Source: Lama glama (lineage: Eukaryota). Taken from it: a stretch of 64,000 nt of DNA. Shown piece by piece: positions 47,890-62,541 of this stretch. Numbering within the stretch: position 1 is the stretch's first letter; each line of letters opens with the position of its first letter. The notes beneath the pieces are model-generated. The model made no database searches, was not told where the DNA came from, and was given only the letters and a program-made list of their open reading frames with translations. The DNA is taken from the NCBI GenBank assembly GCA_028534125.1, contig CM052817.1:21764001-21828000 (forward strand), given 5' to 3'. A program made the translations under genes and the position numbers.

Positions 47890-50189
47890 AAAAATGCTTT
47901 ATGTAAGGAAAAAACTGAGGCTTTGTTAAATAAAAATTATACATTCTGATAAAGTGATGGATCAATTAATTCCTAAACAGTCAATTATCTTTTTTGCAAG
48001 GGGAGAGACTAACTTTCAGATAGGTATACCCATAGCAAAGTTATCAGTAACTTCTCCTAGACCTCTGTCTTGATGACTGCAAGGCATCTTAGAATCAACC
48101 TGTCAAAATCCATTGTCTGTTTATACAAGCTTTTTCTTTAATGTTCCCTGTCGGAGGTAATATCATCATAATCCTTCAAGTTGCTCAAACCAAAAAATGT
48201 TTTTATGATTGACCAGTGTAGTTTTTCTATGTAGATTTATTTTACTTTAAAAGTTATTCCCCATATGTCTATCAATGAAAATTCTGCATATGTAGTGCAA
48301 TTCGAAGGATGAAGTGATCAAAATGTTTTGTTGATTGACAACATAAGTGGTCCTTTCTGATTATACTTAAAGATAGCATTCCTTGTCAGCTGTATGTGAC
48401 TAGTAGATTCAAAACTGTCCACAAAAATTCATAAAGTTTCTTAGATATTTTCTAGGGAATTTCACCAGATAATAATAGAGTTGATGGTATCATACTACTT
48501 TATTCCCTATTAAAGAATTTTATCCAGTAAATCTACTTGCATTCAACCTATTTTATGAGTAGGTTGAATTTCTTTATCTTCAGAAAAATTAGTCCATACA
48601 AAAATAGACATTAACATCAGTTAATATGTTACCGTAAACAGTTTTGCATATGTATATTTTATTTCTTTCAATAAGATTAAAATGTAAGGTATTTCATTGT
48701 TCCCACTACATCTCTCATATAGGTCACAGGCCCAGATTTAGATTCAGTGCTTTGAAAGTTAAAAAATATTAGGAATATTGAATGCCTATTATGTGTTAGA
48801 CTGACATATTTCATGTCATTTAAATTTCTTAACAACTCTAGAAAGTAAAAGTTCCTTTTTTGTATACATAAGTTAATTTATTTAGTGGAATTAGGCTAAA
48901 ACTTGAAATAGACTTTAAATTTAAAGTTTGTTTCCATTTTATAAAATACTTAAGGAAAATAAAACATTACTTTTTATGCCATTTTAATGATAGTAAAAAT
49001 ATAACACCAAAACTTTAATCCAAGAGATAAGAATTTGTAATGCATGTAAAGAATATAGGTTAGATGACAGCAACTTTGGCAAATGTTGATTTCTGAAAAT
49101 GGTAATTCAGTGTTTTATATAAAACCATGCTAGAAATTACAGCAGTCAGTATGCTAGGTGATGAATTTCTATGAATTTAATTAAACAGTATTACAAATTA
49201 ATTATGAATACAGTTAAGCAGTATCATAGAGTTGTTGCCATTTTGATGTAGTAGAATTTGGTAAGTTTGATTTAATGAGAGATGCACTTTAAGGAAATGA
49301 ACGTTAAGATTTTATTATTGGATCTAACTGGCTACCTTAATGCCATGACTAAAATTTTAGGAAGACAGATAGTTCATAAGTTGTATCAGTAATGTTTTGT
49401 GAGTTTGTTTTACAGACAAATTAAATAAATAATAAAGATCAGAGAAGAGTTGGGAGTACAGAAGAGAACTTAAGTACTTTGTCTTAAGTAGTGCTGGCAT
49501 TTATATTTATTCTTTCATTTGATATAAAAAAATCTTGATATTTATAAACATGAAATATAAGGAATATACAAATCATAAAACTACATTGGATTTTACTTTT
49601 CTGTGGGTCTTTCCATCTTCCTTCTCTAAATAAAACAAGGATCCTTGTAGGTATCCCTACAGCATTTGCAAGAGGAGGCCATTCTTTTTTCCACACCTCC
49701 TATATCTCTAGTACATGTAGATGGATAGGAAGCTTCTTGGTTCCCTACTGCCCTTTCTGTTAAATGTCTCCTTTCCCTATTTTTTTCCCCTCAAATCTCC
49801 AGCATTTTTGAAGTGTGTGTAGTCAAGATTTCATATACTTCTACCTTCCCCTTAATGTCATCTAAGAATCTTCCAATTGTGTTCCGTCACTCTGATAATT
49901 TAAAAACTTGGGTCACTGTCTTCTCTACTTTTCCTCTTATCGTTCTTGTCAAATTCAAAATACAGTATATGATTGCTCCAACACTAATCTCACATTCTTG
50001 ACCATGCCACTTTTGAGGATAATTTCTTCCTCTCCAATCCATTCACTTATGCACAGAGTTATAGCCTATATTCTGTCATCACAATACATGTTCTACCTCC
50101 CAGTTTATATGTAATGCTTCCCTTTTCTGATCTTGACCTCCAGTAAATCCAGCTCATCTAATATCATACTCTACTGCACTCATTAACAC

Positions 50190-51880
50190 GGTATATTTCT
50201 CTTTTTATTTTGGTCTTTAGTTTCTTTCAGCAGTATTTTTTTAGCTTTCAGTATATGACTCTTTCACATATTTTGTCAGGTTTATCTCTTAAGTGTTTAA
50301 TAATTCTATACTATGTTAATTGGTATGTTTTGTTACTTTCTATTTCCATTTGTTTGCAGTTAGTATATAGAAATGAAATTGATTTTGTTCTTGATATTGC
50401 ATTCTACTATTGTTAACTCAAATTTTAGTTCTATTAGCTTTTTTGCAGATTTTATCAAATTTTCTATGTAGACAGCCATGTTATCTTCAAATAAAGACAT
50501 ATGTACTTTTGAATTTTTTAAAACTTTGATTTTATTGCCTTATTTCACAGATAAAGCATTGGATGTTGAATAGAAGTAGGGAGAATGGACAAATTTATTG
50601 CTAATCTAAGGGGTTAAACATTCATTCTTTCAAAATATAACTAGTCACAAAATAAACAAAATTTAATTTAGCAAAATTGCTAGTTCTCTGAGAGTTTTTT
50701 TTTTATATCAGGAGTGGATGTTTGATTTCATCAAATGCTTTTTCTCTGTCAGCTGGGACTTCATACATCTTTTTCTGTTTAGTTTGTCAATATAATAAAT
50801 TATACTGTTATATCCAAATGTTAAAACAGCCTGGAAAGTATGTGGCTACTGTTTCTTCAAGTAACATTTCTTTCTCCACCTTTCTCTTATCATTTGGGGA
50901 CCCTAATTAGGTTAGACTGCTTAAAGTTGTCCCAGAGTTCACTCTGTGTTTTTGTTTTTAACAGTTTTCTTTTCTCTCTGATTTTGGTTTGAAAAGTTTC
51001 TACTGTTACATCTTCAGTTTCTGCCATGTCTTATCTGCTATTAATCCTATCTAGTGAGTGTTTTTATTCTCTGTTTCTCTTTCTCTAATTTTATACATTG
51101 TGGTTTTTATCTCTAGAAGATTAATTCACATTTTTCTTTTGCTCTTACATATTACAACTTATTTTTTTAAATATATGAAATACAGTCTTGTGTGTTTTTT
51201 TTTTGTTTGTTTGTTTTCATATTCATGGATGCTAATTATAACATCTATGTCAGTTCTAAGTTAATTTTGATTAACTTATCTTTCCATTATAGGTCCTATT
51301 TTTTGGCTTCTTTGCATGCTTGGTAATTTGTAATTGGATATCAGACTTTTTTGAACTTTATTTTAGAATACTGAATTACTTGGAAATAATTTAAACCTTT
51401 AAAGTCTTCATTTTAAGATTTGTTATATAGGACCAAAGAGGTTTTCAGTCTAGTCTTTCCCCACTACTGATGTAAGGCCTTCATTAGTATTCTACCCACT
51501 ACCTCATGAATCATGAGGTTTTCCAGTCCAGCTCTTGGGAGAAGACACAATTTTCACTTTTGTGTTCACTGAGGCAGTGTGACCTCTATTCCTTTTGATG
51601 CTTTTTCCCTCTGTCTTGGGTAGTTCCTTCACATGTATTTATTGGTCATTATTCACCTGAATACTTGAGAGAGACTTACTAAAAATCTTCAGTTTACTCT
51701 TTGTGCAGCTGTTTTCTCTTCAGTATTTCTTTTTTTCTTCGGTTTTTGTTTTTTGGTTTTTTTTTTTTTGGTAAACTAGTTTTCTCAGACTCTTGTGTTC
51801 ATGTCCTCAAATTACAGAGTTCTCTGAGCTCCACCAGAATTTCTCCTTCTGGAGCCATGACCTAGAATGGTTTTTAAATA
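50190..51880 (-). mobile_element. Old L1M (L1MC/MD-type) fragments
   Basis: Antisense ORF2-like 'tagtatatagaaatgaaattgatttt', 'gttgaatagaagtagggagaatggac', 'tcaaatgctttttct', followed by 5'-region-like sequence. Confidence 0.7.
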
Positions 51881-51929
51881 TATGCTTGAAAGGAATGCTA
51901 GGAAAAGTAAGGTACAAAAGTGATGGCTT

Positions 51930-52983
51930 GATCATTTTCTTCTGTATTATCTTGTTTTCTTTTTTATTTTTGTGACTCTATTATATACAAGGGCTTAATT
52001 TCCAGAATATATAAACAGCTCATACAACTTAATAAGAAAAACAAACAACCCAATCAAAAAATGGGCAGAAGACCTAAACAAGCAATTCTCCAATGAAGAC
52101 ATACAAATGGCCAATAGGCAAATGAAAAAATGCTCAGTATCGCTAATTATCAGAGAAATGCAAATCAAAACTACATTAAGGTTTTACTTCACATCAGTCA
52201 GAATGACCATCATTCAAAAGTCCATGAACAATAACTGCTGGAGAGGGTGTGGAGAAAAGGGATCCCTCCTACACTGTTGGTGGGAATGTAGTTTGGTGCA
52301 GCCATTGTGGAAAACAGTATGGAGATTCCTCAAAAAACTAAAAATAGACTTACTATGTGATCCAGCAATCCCACTCCTGAGCATATATCCTGAGGGAAAA
52401 TTTTAATTTAAAAAAATACATGTACCATAATGTTCATAGCAGCATTGTTTATAATAGCCAAGACATGGAACAAGTTAAATGTCTATTCTTAGATGGCTGG
52501 ATAAAGAAACTGATATATTTATATGAAGGAATACTATTCAGCCATAAAAAATAATGAAATAGTGCCATTTGCAGCAACATGGATGGACCTGGGGATTGCC
52601 ATTCTAAGTCACATAAGCCAGAGAGAGAAAGAAAAATGCCATGTAATATCACTCATATGTGGAACCAAAAAAAAAAAAAAAGGACAGGTGAACTTATTTA
52701 CAAAATGGAAATAGACTCACTGGCATAGAAAACAATCTTATGGTTACCAGTGGAGAAAGAGGGTCGAAAGGGATAGATTGGGAGTTTCAGATTTGCAGAT
52801 TCTAACTATATAAAGTAGATAAACAACAGGGTTATATTGTGTAGCACAGGGAACTATATTCAATGTCTTGTGGTAACCTATACTGAAAAAGAATATGAAA
52901 AATTATATGTGTATGTATATGTATGACAATTATTACGCCAGAATTTTACACACTGTAACTGACTATACTTCAATTAAAAAAAG
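51930..52983 (+). mobile_element. 5'-truncated LINE-1 with 55 nt of non-colinear 5' sequence
   Basis: 13-bp TSD AAAGTGATGGCTT (51917-51929, 52984-52996); L1 homology begins at ~51985 ('acaagggcttaatttccagaatatataaacagctc'). Confidence 0.92.
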
Positions 52984-54779
52984 AAAGTGATGGCTTCATT
53001 TGAAAAGATTTTTACATGTCCTAGCTAATAAAACACTAAATATGTTACATATATGAATGAAGGAGCAGATTTTAAAAGGTTAAGTAAATTTAATGAAGTA
53101 AAGAAAAACACATAGTGCACATTATGGCAATAGAAAAATAGAGTACTAAGGAAACACATGCCGAATGAATTTAATCAGGAGAACCCACTTTAAAAAACAA
53201 AGCAATAAACAACCAAGCAAAAAGATCACTTGAAAATACATTAGACACTTTCTTCCAAAATTGATGCATGTTAGTGTTTGTACTAATATGACATGTCTAT
53301 GAGGTTTTTAATGTTCATTGTTTGTTTTTCTCCTAAAATATGATTCCTATTGTGGAAATTAATATTAATCTAAATTTTCTTCTTCCCCTATGTCAGTGAA
53401 TGAAGAAGAATAACAACTGTCATACAATCATCAAAAAATATTCTGTAATGAAATAGGAATAAATGATAGATATGGTCTATCTCCAGTAGGACTTTGTTGG
53501 TAATTCATTTTCCACAAGCCTCCAGGTGCTACTGCTCCTTTTAATAGACTCTCTACTGCCTTCTCTGTAGTGTGTTTTGAACTAACACACTGACACAGAG
53601 GAATAATGCTAAGGGGGGAAATAGGACAACTCAGGCCTTAGTGAATGATTCAAAGAATGATTGAAACATTTTTCTTTCTAGGATAGAAATGAGTTTTGTT
53701 TTTCAGTTCCACATTTTTATTATCATAAATAAGGCTTGTGTTTTCTGTGAAAGAATTTGTCTTATTCTTAAAAATACTCATTGAAAGTATATAGGAAAGC
53801 AGAGGAGCTATAGTAATTGTATTGGAAAAAAATACAATGAAAATGACATATGTTCCTTTAGTAGATATCTGATCCCTGAGAGTATCATTCATACCATCCT
53901 GCAGAAAACCCACCATCCTCATAAATCTTTCCTGTATAAGGGACTGTTCAGCTTCTTTTACTATACGTAACAGAGTTGTTAAATTACTTCTCATTACTTC
54001 TTAGTCCTTAGAGATGATAAATATGTGGAGTTAATGGTTTTATACAAATGCTTTATTGTTTTCTAAGTCAGGTCAAAATAATGTTTGCTTCTACTCTTTG
54101 GTTCAATGCCCCTGCTTTTCAAAAAAAAAAAAAAAAACTTCTTTGTCCTTCTCTTGGGTTTCATGCTGTCCTCACGTCAAATATTGGCATTTGGCTCTTT
54201 ATAATCTCATATACTGAATGACTGACAAATACTTTATAATATCAGGAAATATTAAGGTTTATAAGCCAGTTTTGGGTTGGGAAAAATGACAATGTGATGT
54301 GGCAAAAGGGAAATAAATAAATATAGAAAAGAGAAAACCTGGCAGGATTGTATGATAGAATTTGATGTGGGGACAGTGAGGATGGAACACAGTGATATTA
54401 GGGGGAAAAAGGAGACAAAAAATAAAATAATGAAACTTTTCAAGGAGGGGGCAGGGCCAGGAGGAATAAGGCATATGAAATATAATTTGAGTTTTGAGGT
54501 GAATTGGAAATTTAAAAATTTTCCAAGTAAGTAGTGTAAGTAGATGAAAAGTTTGAGATACTGAGAAATTATTTTCCCTTTCAGAAGAAGGATTCAAACT
54601 CTACTCTGGTTAATTTGAGGGAATAAACAATGGCAAGAAGCGAACAATGGCAAGAAAATAGTCATCAGTTTTCCAGGGAGAGTTGAATGTGTCAAGTTCA
54701 AGAATTTTCAGAGAACTTTTCTGTCAAGCAATAAAATGTGAGTTTTTAAAGTCAAGTAGGCAAGAATAACTGAATACTT

Positions 54780-57700
54780 CCTTTTTTATTCATTTGTTTA
54801 TTCACTTAATGAACAAGTACTGTTTATTAGACACTGCACAAAGTGTGATGACAGAATGATAGAAAGATAAATACAATCCCTGGACAGTTGAGTGATGATG
54901 GTATATCAGATCCTAGAGGAAGCAATGTTGGTGATGAAAAGAGGAATGAATGTGGATATATACTGAAAATTGAGTAGATATGCTCTCCTGATGAATTTGG
55001 ATTCATGATGTAAATGAATAGGATCATGGATGACACCAAGAATTTTTACCTACACAGCAAGATATAGTTGTCTTCAGCTGAAGTCAGTAATTTAGTTTCT
55101 GGCATGTTAAGATATATTTAGATGTATGTCAATATATATCCAATACATGTTCAATATATCCAAGATATATTAAGTTATATTTGAGATATTTTATAGAATA
55201 TGTTGAGTAGGCAGCGGGGCCTAAAAGATTAGATTCAGGAAGAGCTAATTAGTCTGGAGAGAGAAAATTGCAAATCTTTGACATGTAGAGAGAGTATTTA
55301 AATCTATGGGAATAGATCAGATCAGCAAGAGAGAGAAAATTTAGAGAAGAGATACAAGGACTAATTCCTATGGCATTCTAAACTAAGAAGTTGAGGAGAA
55401 GAGATACAGATAAAGTAGATGGAGGAGGAGAAACTAGAGTGACAGAAGGGAAAAAGATAACAAGAATATGTTGCTTTGGAAGCCTAGTGAAGGAAGTTTA
55501 TAAAGCAAGAGGGAGTGATTAATTGGCAGTGTCAAATGCTGATGAGTTAAATGAGATAAAGACTAAAAAGTAATATTAAAAGGATACATGTTAAGGGATA
55601 GAGAACAGTGCAATAATGGTGACATAAACATACTGAATATCCCAATCTTAACAGACTGTTGGCCTTGGGGTACCAAGGGAGTGAGATGAAGGAAGTGATT
55701 AGGAAGTAGGATAGATGACCCCGACATTTAAGATGGCTACAGTGGTGTGTTATTCAAGTTATAGTTTGATTGTAGTAACAGATTGTTTAATTTTCAGACA
55801 TTTTTATGGTTGTAAAACCATTAGTACTTTAAAATCAGACTTAATTGGGGAGTTTGTATGACCAAAATAAGCAAATTGTACAAATCTGGGGTTTTTTTCC
55901 CCTGTCTCCCAAAGCAGGTTTACCAACATATCATGAATATTTGCACATAATTATTATTGCAGTGTCTGTGGTTTAATTATTAGAATGAGTGCTAGAGTAA
56001 GCTGAGAGCTAAGCTAATAAGAGGAAATGAGCTCAAATCATTGAGAATCCAATGTAATGAAAGTACCATCAGTATATTTTTCTTCATATGTATGTCAAAA
56101 TAATAAAAAGTCAAGACAGCACTGGAGAGAGTAGCCATGAAGTGGAAACTAAAAACAAGTAGAAATGATGGGGTATGAATATTCAGTTGTCAGATAATAG
56201 CATTGAGGAATAGTGTGTAAATATACCTGTGTGATATTTGATACAAAGCTGTGGGTGTTTAGAATAAGAGAAGGAGAATGGTCTAAAAGTGGCAATGGGG
56301 AAAGGCATCCAGGTGTTCCCTGTCCAGGCTCTGTAGTAAGAGAACTGTGTGAGGAAAAATAACCATCACTATGTGGGAAGCAGAGTGTGTGGTGGGAAGC
56401 TAGATTTTTATTAGAGCATGAATATGAAGGGAAAATTCAGAGGAAAAGATCAGGATATAGGAGACTATTTTGATAAAGTGTATTTCAAGAGTGTCATGAA
56501 AGATTTTGACAAATTAGAAAATTATGCATGTCTAGTGCTCATTATAATAATTATACCATAGGCACTACAGTGATAATTACATACAGATATTGAGGGGATC
56601 ACAGAGACATGCATGTAAGATTGAGAGACATGGTGGTTAATCTGGGAGACTGAGACCAATATAAAGAGAAATACAGGACACAGTAAGATTAGTTGTAGTG
56701 AGTTCAAGACAGGTAGGATGGTGAAGTTGTGTAGAGTGGCAGCAGTGGCAGGCTTCCTCTTCATCTTTGATGGTGAAATTACAAGATTTGGAAGGCATAA
56801 TCTTAGGCCAGTGTGCAGGTCCACTCTGACTTTTTGGAGAATTGAGACTTCTGGGAACCAGTGTGTTATACTGTAAGCTCCTCCACCTATTTTCATTGGT
56901 GATGTGGGAAGAAGGCCTAAAGGAAGTATGACCTTTAGTCCCAGAGCCCAAGCCCACATTTGACCTCTGAGACTGAGGCTCTTTCAAACTAACTATTTTC
57001 TAAATATGGAAATGGGAATTGGTTTTTAAACTTGTGAAGATTTTATTTTATTCTTCATAAGTATAATAATGTAGCTGTCCAGGTATAGATCAAAGATAGT
57101 CACTGACGTGCAGGTGGCAATGGTTCAGAATTTAAACTGCCCACTTATCCTCTTGTGGATGAAATACATGTATTCAGGGTCCATTCAATACCTTCTTTTG
57201 TTTGTTTGGTTGGTTTTTTGCTGTGCAGAGGTGAAGGAAGGAAGCATATTTTGACCTGGGATTAGGATTTCATTACTTGCCAGTCAAATCTGCAATACCA
57301 TGAGGATACAGTGCAAGTAGGCAGTAAGAACTTGGCATAAGGAGCCTAAGATTCTTCTAGGAAGAGAGGAACCTGATACCCTAGGTACTTTCTGAGTCTC
57401 AAGTCAAGGAGGCAGGGTGGCATGAGATTGCCCTATCCTGTATCTCATGGTAGAGAAGAAAAGATAAAATAACTTGAAGGGAAGTGAAATCTGGGTTGAT
57501 GTCACGGTTTCAGGTAAATAAGGCATGAAGCTTCTTGGTAAGTCCTGAAACCATTAGTTTACTATGTATAGGTGGAAGGTTCTTGGGACCCAGATTTCAT
57601 TTTACAGTGTGATGTGCTGTGCTCTAACGGAACTGTAACTTAAGGGCCTGAGTGTGTCACACCACACAGAACTGGGCTTGGGATGGTTGCTGAGTGGATA

Positions 57701-57900
57701 GACACCCCTAGAATTGTATGAGCCCATGACAGACACAGAGTCCACAGAAGAGGGCTTGTATCCCTCTTGCTGGGTAACATTTCTCCTCCAGATGACAGAC
57801 AGACCTTCCTTGCTCCCAGATACTTTGGTGTAAATGAGTCTGGATTTCCTGGATAATTCAAGAATATTTTTTTAGAAGAGAATTTTAATAACATTTTTTG
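54780..57900 (-). mobile_element. Long degraded L2 LINE
   Basis: 3' end 'ttattcatttgtttattcac' then purine-rich antisense L2 motifs ('tgacaccaagaattttta', 'ggaagcctagtgaaggaag', 'cagtgtcaaatgctga'); the distal boundary is uncertain. Confidence 0.6.
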
Positions 57901-58559
57901 GACTCCTGTGACTAAAAACATGATTGAAAGAGAGGTTACTATGTTCTATTATGATTTCATAGGGAAGTTCATACTAGAGTTACATTCTTAAAAGTTCGTC
58001 AGTTTATTATTTTAAAATGTATGCTTAATTACTTGTATATTTTATTTTTCTACTTGCAAAATGTCCATTGGTTATTCAACTTTGGGTCTTTACTACCTAA
58101 CACAGTGGCAAATACCTACAAGGCCATTAATTAAAATTTGTTGAATGGGTTCAAAGGTTATAGCTATCTTGATTCTCACTTACATTCAGCCGCTGGTGTC
58201 CAGAATATAGCACTGTTACAGAGAACCAGCTCTAAGGTATTTAAAGAAGAAACCACATGCTGAGTTAGAATTAGCCTTTTCAAGCCATTAATTCATAATT
58301 GAATTCATAAATTAATAAGTACATGGATTTTTAAGTTTATAGAAACATAAACAAACATTTTAATTCTGTTATAACCTATAACTTGGTGCTCTAACTTGAA
58401 AACAATTAATAGATTTATGCCCAGCAGGTAGGCAATATATATTATTAGAAATTTCATGAATATATGCTTCTGAATTCTTCAAGTATTATATTAATAGTTA
58501 AATGGATTATTTAAGCTTCTGATAAAATAATGAGATTTATGACTGTTCAAAGTGAATGA

Positions 58560-59400
58560 AGGAACTCTTAAAGCTCAACAATAAGAAAACAAACAACCTA
58601 ATTAACTAATGAGCAAGAGACATGAACAGACACCTCATCAAAGAAGATATTACAGATGGCAAATAAGAATATGAAAAGATGCTTGCCATCATATGTCATC
58701 AGAGAATTGCAGATTAAAACAGTGAGATACCATTACACACCCATTAAAGTAGCTGAAATCCAAAACACTAGCAACACTAAATGCAGGCAAGGATGTAGAG
58801 CAACAGGAACTCTCTACAAAACCTTCACATAAATATTTATTGCAGCTTTATTCATGATTGCCAAAAGTTAAAAGCAAAAGATGTCCTTCAGTAGGTGAAT
58901 GCTCAAATAAACTGTGATACGTACATACAAGAGACTATTATTCAGCGAAAAAAAAAAAAGAAAGAAAAGAAAAAAAACTATCAAATGGCAAAAAAGAACT
59001 CTAAATTCATAATGCTAATTAAAAGAGGCCAGTCTGAGAGGACTATGTACTATATGATTGCAATTATGTAATATTTTGGAAAATGGAAAACTGTGGAGAC
59101 AGTAAAAAGATCAGTGGTTCCCAGGGGCTCAGAAATGGGGAAAGGTGAGAGGAAAGGATAGGTGGATCACTGGGGATTTTTAGTTCAGTGAAACTGTTCT
59201 GTATTATACTATAATGGTAGATAAATTTCATTAAAAATTGGTAAAAACCCACTGAATGAACATCACAAAAAGTGAACTCTAATGTAAAATATGGACTTTA
59301 GTTAATAATATATCATTGATTGTTGCAAATGTGCCACATTAATGTAAGATGATAACAGTAGGATAAACTGTGTATATGAGAACTCTCATACAAATTAAAA
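58560..59400 (+). mobile_element. Old L1MC/L1MD 3' region
   Basis: 'gaacagacacctcatcaaagaagata...cagatggcaaataag', 'aaaactgtggagacagtaaaaagatcagtggttcccagggg', 'atggactttagttaataata'. Confidence 0.85.
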
Positions 59401-61659
59401 AATGAAGTCACTTTCTGTTCTCCAGAAATCTGTTAGTTACAGTAAGTGGAGAATTACCATTCTTATTACAACATACACACACATGCACGCACACACACAA
59501 GTATCAGAGGACCGTGTTGGTTTCATTGAGCTCCTGTACAAGCTCTGAAACTGATGAGTTGAAAAAAAAAATGGTTGAGAATGAATATGATCTGGTTAAT
59601 AGTATTCCACTGGCTTAGAAGCAGTTTGGAAAGCATATTTCTCTGTCCAGTGGTTTGCTGTACCCCATGGAGCCCAAAAATGATTCTCTCTCCTAGTTTC
59701 ATTAAAATATTTTACTAGGGAGCTGTCTCTTGAGTGTCCGTTTTTGAAAGTAAAATGTAATGTTGAACTAGTTACTTCTTTACCAAAAGGAGAAGCCATA
59801 TTTACCTGAATAGTATTGTAATTGTGAAACACAAAATGACTCTATTGCTCAGATTACCCAGGTGATACTAGTTCTTAGTTCAGGCTACTTTTCGCACATT
59901 TAGTATTGTGTGTGTGGGTGCATGTGTTGTATGTGCTGGAGACCAAGAATTATGCCCAAATCCAAGAGACCTTCCATGAATAATTTTGATAATGGAACTG
60001 AACAGAATTTTAGAAATACTGTCTTACAAGTAGAGGTAATTGAGGAAAGAGGGAAGAAGACCCAGAGATAATCTGTAATATATGTAATATATAAATAATA
60101 TGTAACATAATATATTATATGCAATATAGAAATCTGTATATATAATATGGCATATATTATATGCTTTGTATCCATGGTCTCTTTATATTACTGCAGGCAT
60201 ATTTACTAGGAGAAAATCTAGATTTGGAATAGTTGCTATTGGTCTTGACCATCCTCCAGTCGAAGCTACAAACAGTTGATGTGCAAGTATCATACACAGT
60301 ATGTAATTAATAGACTTTTTTATTTCGACATTCTACAATTTGTTACTTTATTGAGGGATTCTGTCTTCAAGTCTTAATAGTTACAAATTTTACTGTTCAT
60401 TTGGTTTTGTAGACTCCATTCCCTGTGACCATAAAAGGACATCTTATAGAGATCCCAGCAATTCTGATTCATTGATTTGAATATCGTTAAATTTCCTAGA
60501 CTTTTTTTGCATGAGCTGTAAACAAGCTTTCTCCATATTTCACTTTGGGAATTAGGTACCTCAGATGCTCTTTGAGGTAGGTGAGGTCTGTATTATAAAT
60601 TCATGAAGCCATAAGTAAATCTTAATGCAACATTTTATTGATCTTAATGGCCAGAATATAAAAATTTCTAATCATTATTTTTTAAGTTACAGAAATTCCT
60701 CTCAACATCTACTCTTATAGTGAACTTTTAATAGACTAAACTATAAATGCTTTGACTATGATGATCACACATTCTTAGCTTTATATACTGTTCTCTCTGG
60801 GTCTCATGCTCTTTTAAACATTGTAGAGTTCTAGGATAATTTTGTTAAATTGTTAAAATTTAGTAAAATTAAAATGTATTTATTTTTCTTTAAAACACGG
60901 TTTAAAATTCAAATTTGAATTCTGCAGTGAAGGAAAGTGTATATTATTATATATGTAATTATATATGCAAAGAGAGCAATCTGTTTACCTAGTCAGAATC
61001 CTACTGTGAAAAACCATTAACGTTTAACAAATATTTTTACTGTCTGAAGCCTAACTACTAGAGAAATGCTATTAATCATATTAATACTTTTCATGGTAGA
61101 CCATTACTCATCTTGTTTGATGAAAGTGTAGAGTTTTTGACAATCTCCAGAGTGTCATCTGATTAGGATCATCATCACTCAAATCCAACAGATATTGACA
61201 TCTATGTTTCGAGAACATACAGCTCCTACTTACTGACATATTATTTGTAACTTTAACAGAAATTCAAGAGGAGGCAGTATCTTAGATGTCTATGAGGGAA
61301 AAAAAAAGCAGTCAGTTTTTGAGATAGATCAGCAACATTTTCTGTAAAACAGTGCATTCTTGTCTAAGTTAAGAAAAAAGTTATTTAGGCTTCTCCTACT
61401 TTATAAATTGTTCCCCTGTGGAAAAACAAAAGCAAAAATGTTCCCCAAATTCATTAGAGCAAAAATCATGGAGAAATTCAAAGAAGCACATGAATTCTTG
61501 CCTAAATGTTATCTAGAGAAATAATAATGTTAATTTAAGGGAAACATTAGAGATTTTAGCTATTAGTTTACATTCAATACAACCTATAAATTTGCTTTTG
61601 TTGACAAGCCAGAATAAAAGTTTATTTTTTTCTAAAATACTCCAATATGCAGAAATAAT

Positions 61660-61962
61660 TTTTCCAGCTTATTGAGGTATAATTGACAAATAAAATTACA
61701 AGACATTTAAAGTATACATTGTGATGATTTGATATATATTGTATATATTGGAAAGGATTTCTTTCATATAGTTAAGTAGCATATCTGTCACCTCACAGAT
61801 TTATCTTTTTACTGTTTTTTGTTTGTTTATTTTGGTGAGAACATTAAAGTTCTATTCTCTTAGCAGTTTTCATTTATGCAATACAGTGTTATCAACTGTA
61901 CTCACTATGTTATGCATTAGATCCTTAGACCTTATTCATCTTAAAGCAGAAACTTTGTACAA
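61660..61962 (-). mobile_element. L1MA-type 3' end
   Basis: 'cagctttattgaggtataattgacaaataaaatt...ggtgagaacattaaagttctattctcttagca...cattagatcc...cttattcatct'. Confidence 0.85.
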
Positions 61963-62215
61963 GTCATTTAATGTTCATGCTTTCTCCAGCATTGAAGCAG
62001 AGAGTTACTAGGCCTGGTATAATTTCTGTAGGTCACATTTTAAAATTCACCTATTCTAGATTACCCTGATTTGCTTTAATTTGATATATACTTTGTAGTG
62101 ACCTGTGTATCTTTGACAATGCTTTTTGTACTATGTGTCTGAATATGAAAAAGGAAGACATTAAACCCCACTACTGAATGGAGGCACAAATAATTGATTA
62201 CTAATGCTGTGAATC

Positions 62216-62541
62216 AGTAGTTGGCAAACACTTTTTTTAAAAAGTCCAGATGAAAAGTGTTTAGGGTTCTGAGCCATTCTTCTTTTTCACAACTCTCCAA
62301 CTCCACCATTGTAGTGTGAAAACAATCATAGATGACATGCAAAGAAATATGTGTGGCTGTTTTCCAATAAAAAAATTTGTTAACACTGAAATTTGAATTT
62401 TATATAATTTTTATGAGTCATAAGTATCAATCTTCTTTTGATTCATTTTCAGCTATTTAAAATGTGGACACCATTCTTAGTTTGTGAGCTATATGTACAA
62501 GCGATGGCCTGGATTTGATCCTCAAATTGTAGTTTGCTAAC
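62216..62541 (+). mobile_element. MER58B-like hAT-Charlie DNA transposon
   Basis: Termini 'cagtagttggcaaac' and 'gtagtttgctaac'; internal 'ccattgtagtgtgaaaaca', 'gtggctgttttccaataaaa', 'cactgaaatttgaatttt'. Confidence 0.85.

Noticed and set aside
53650..53994. 114-aa minus-strand ORF (MRSNLTTLLRIVKEAEQ...)
   Set aside because: No recognisable domain, no convincing flanking splice sites or promoter, and an AT-biased low-complexity C-terminus; consistent with a chance ORF.
56522..56987. 145-aa and 116-aa overlapping minus-strand ORFs
   Set aside because: They fall within the probable degraded L2 region and show no recognisable protein motif.
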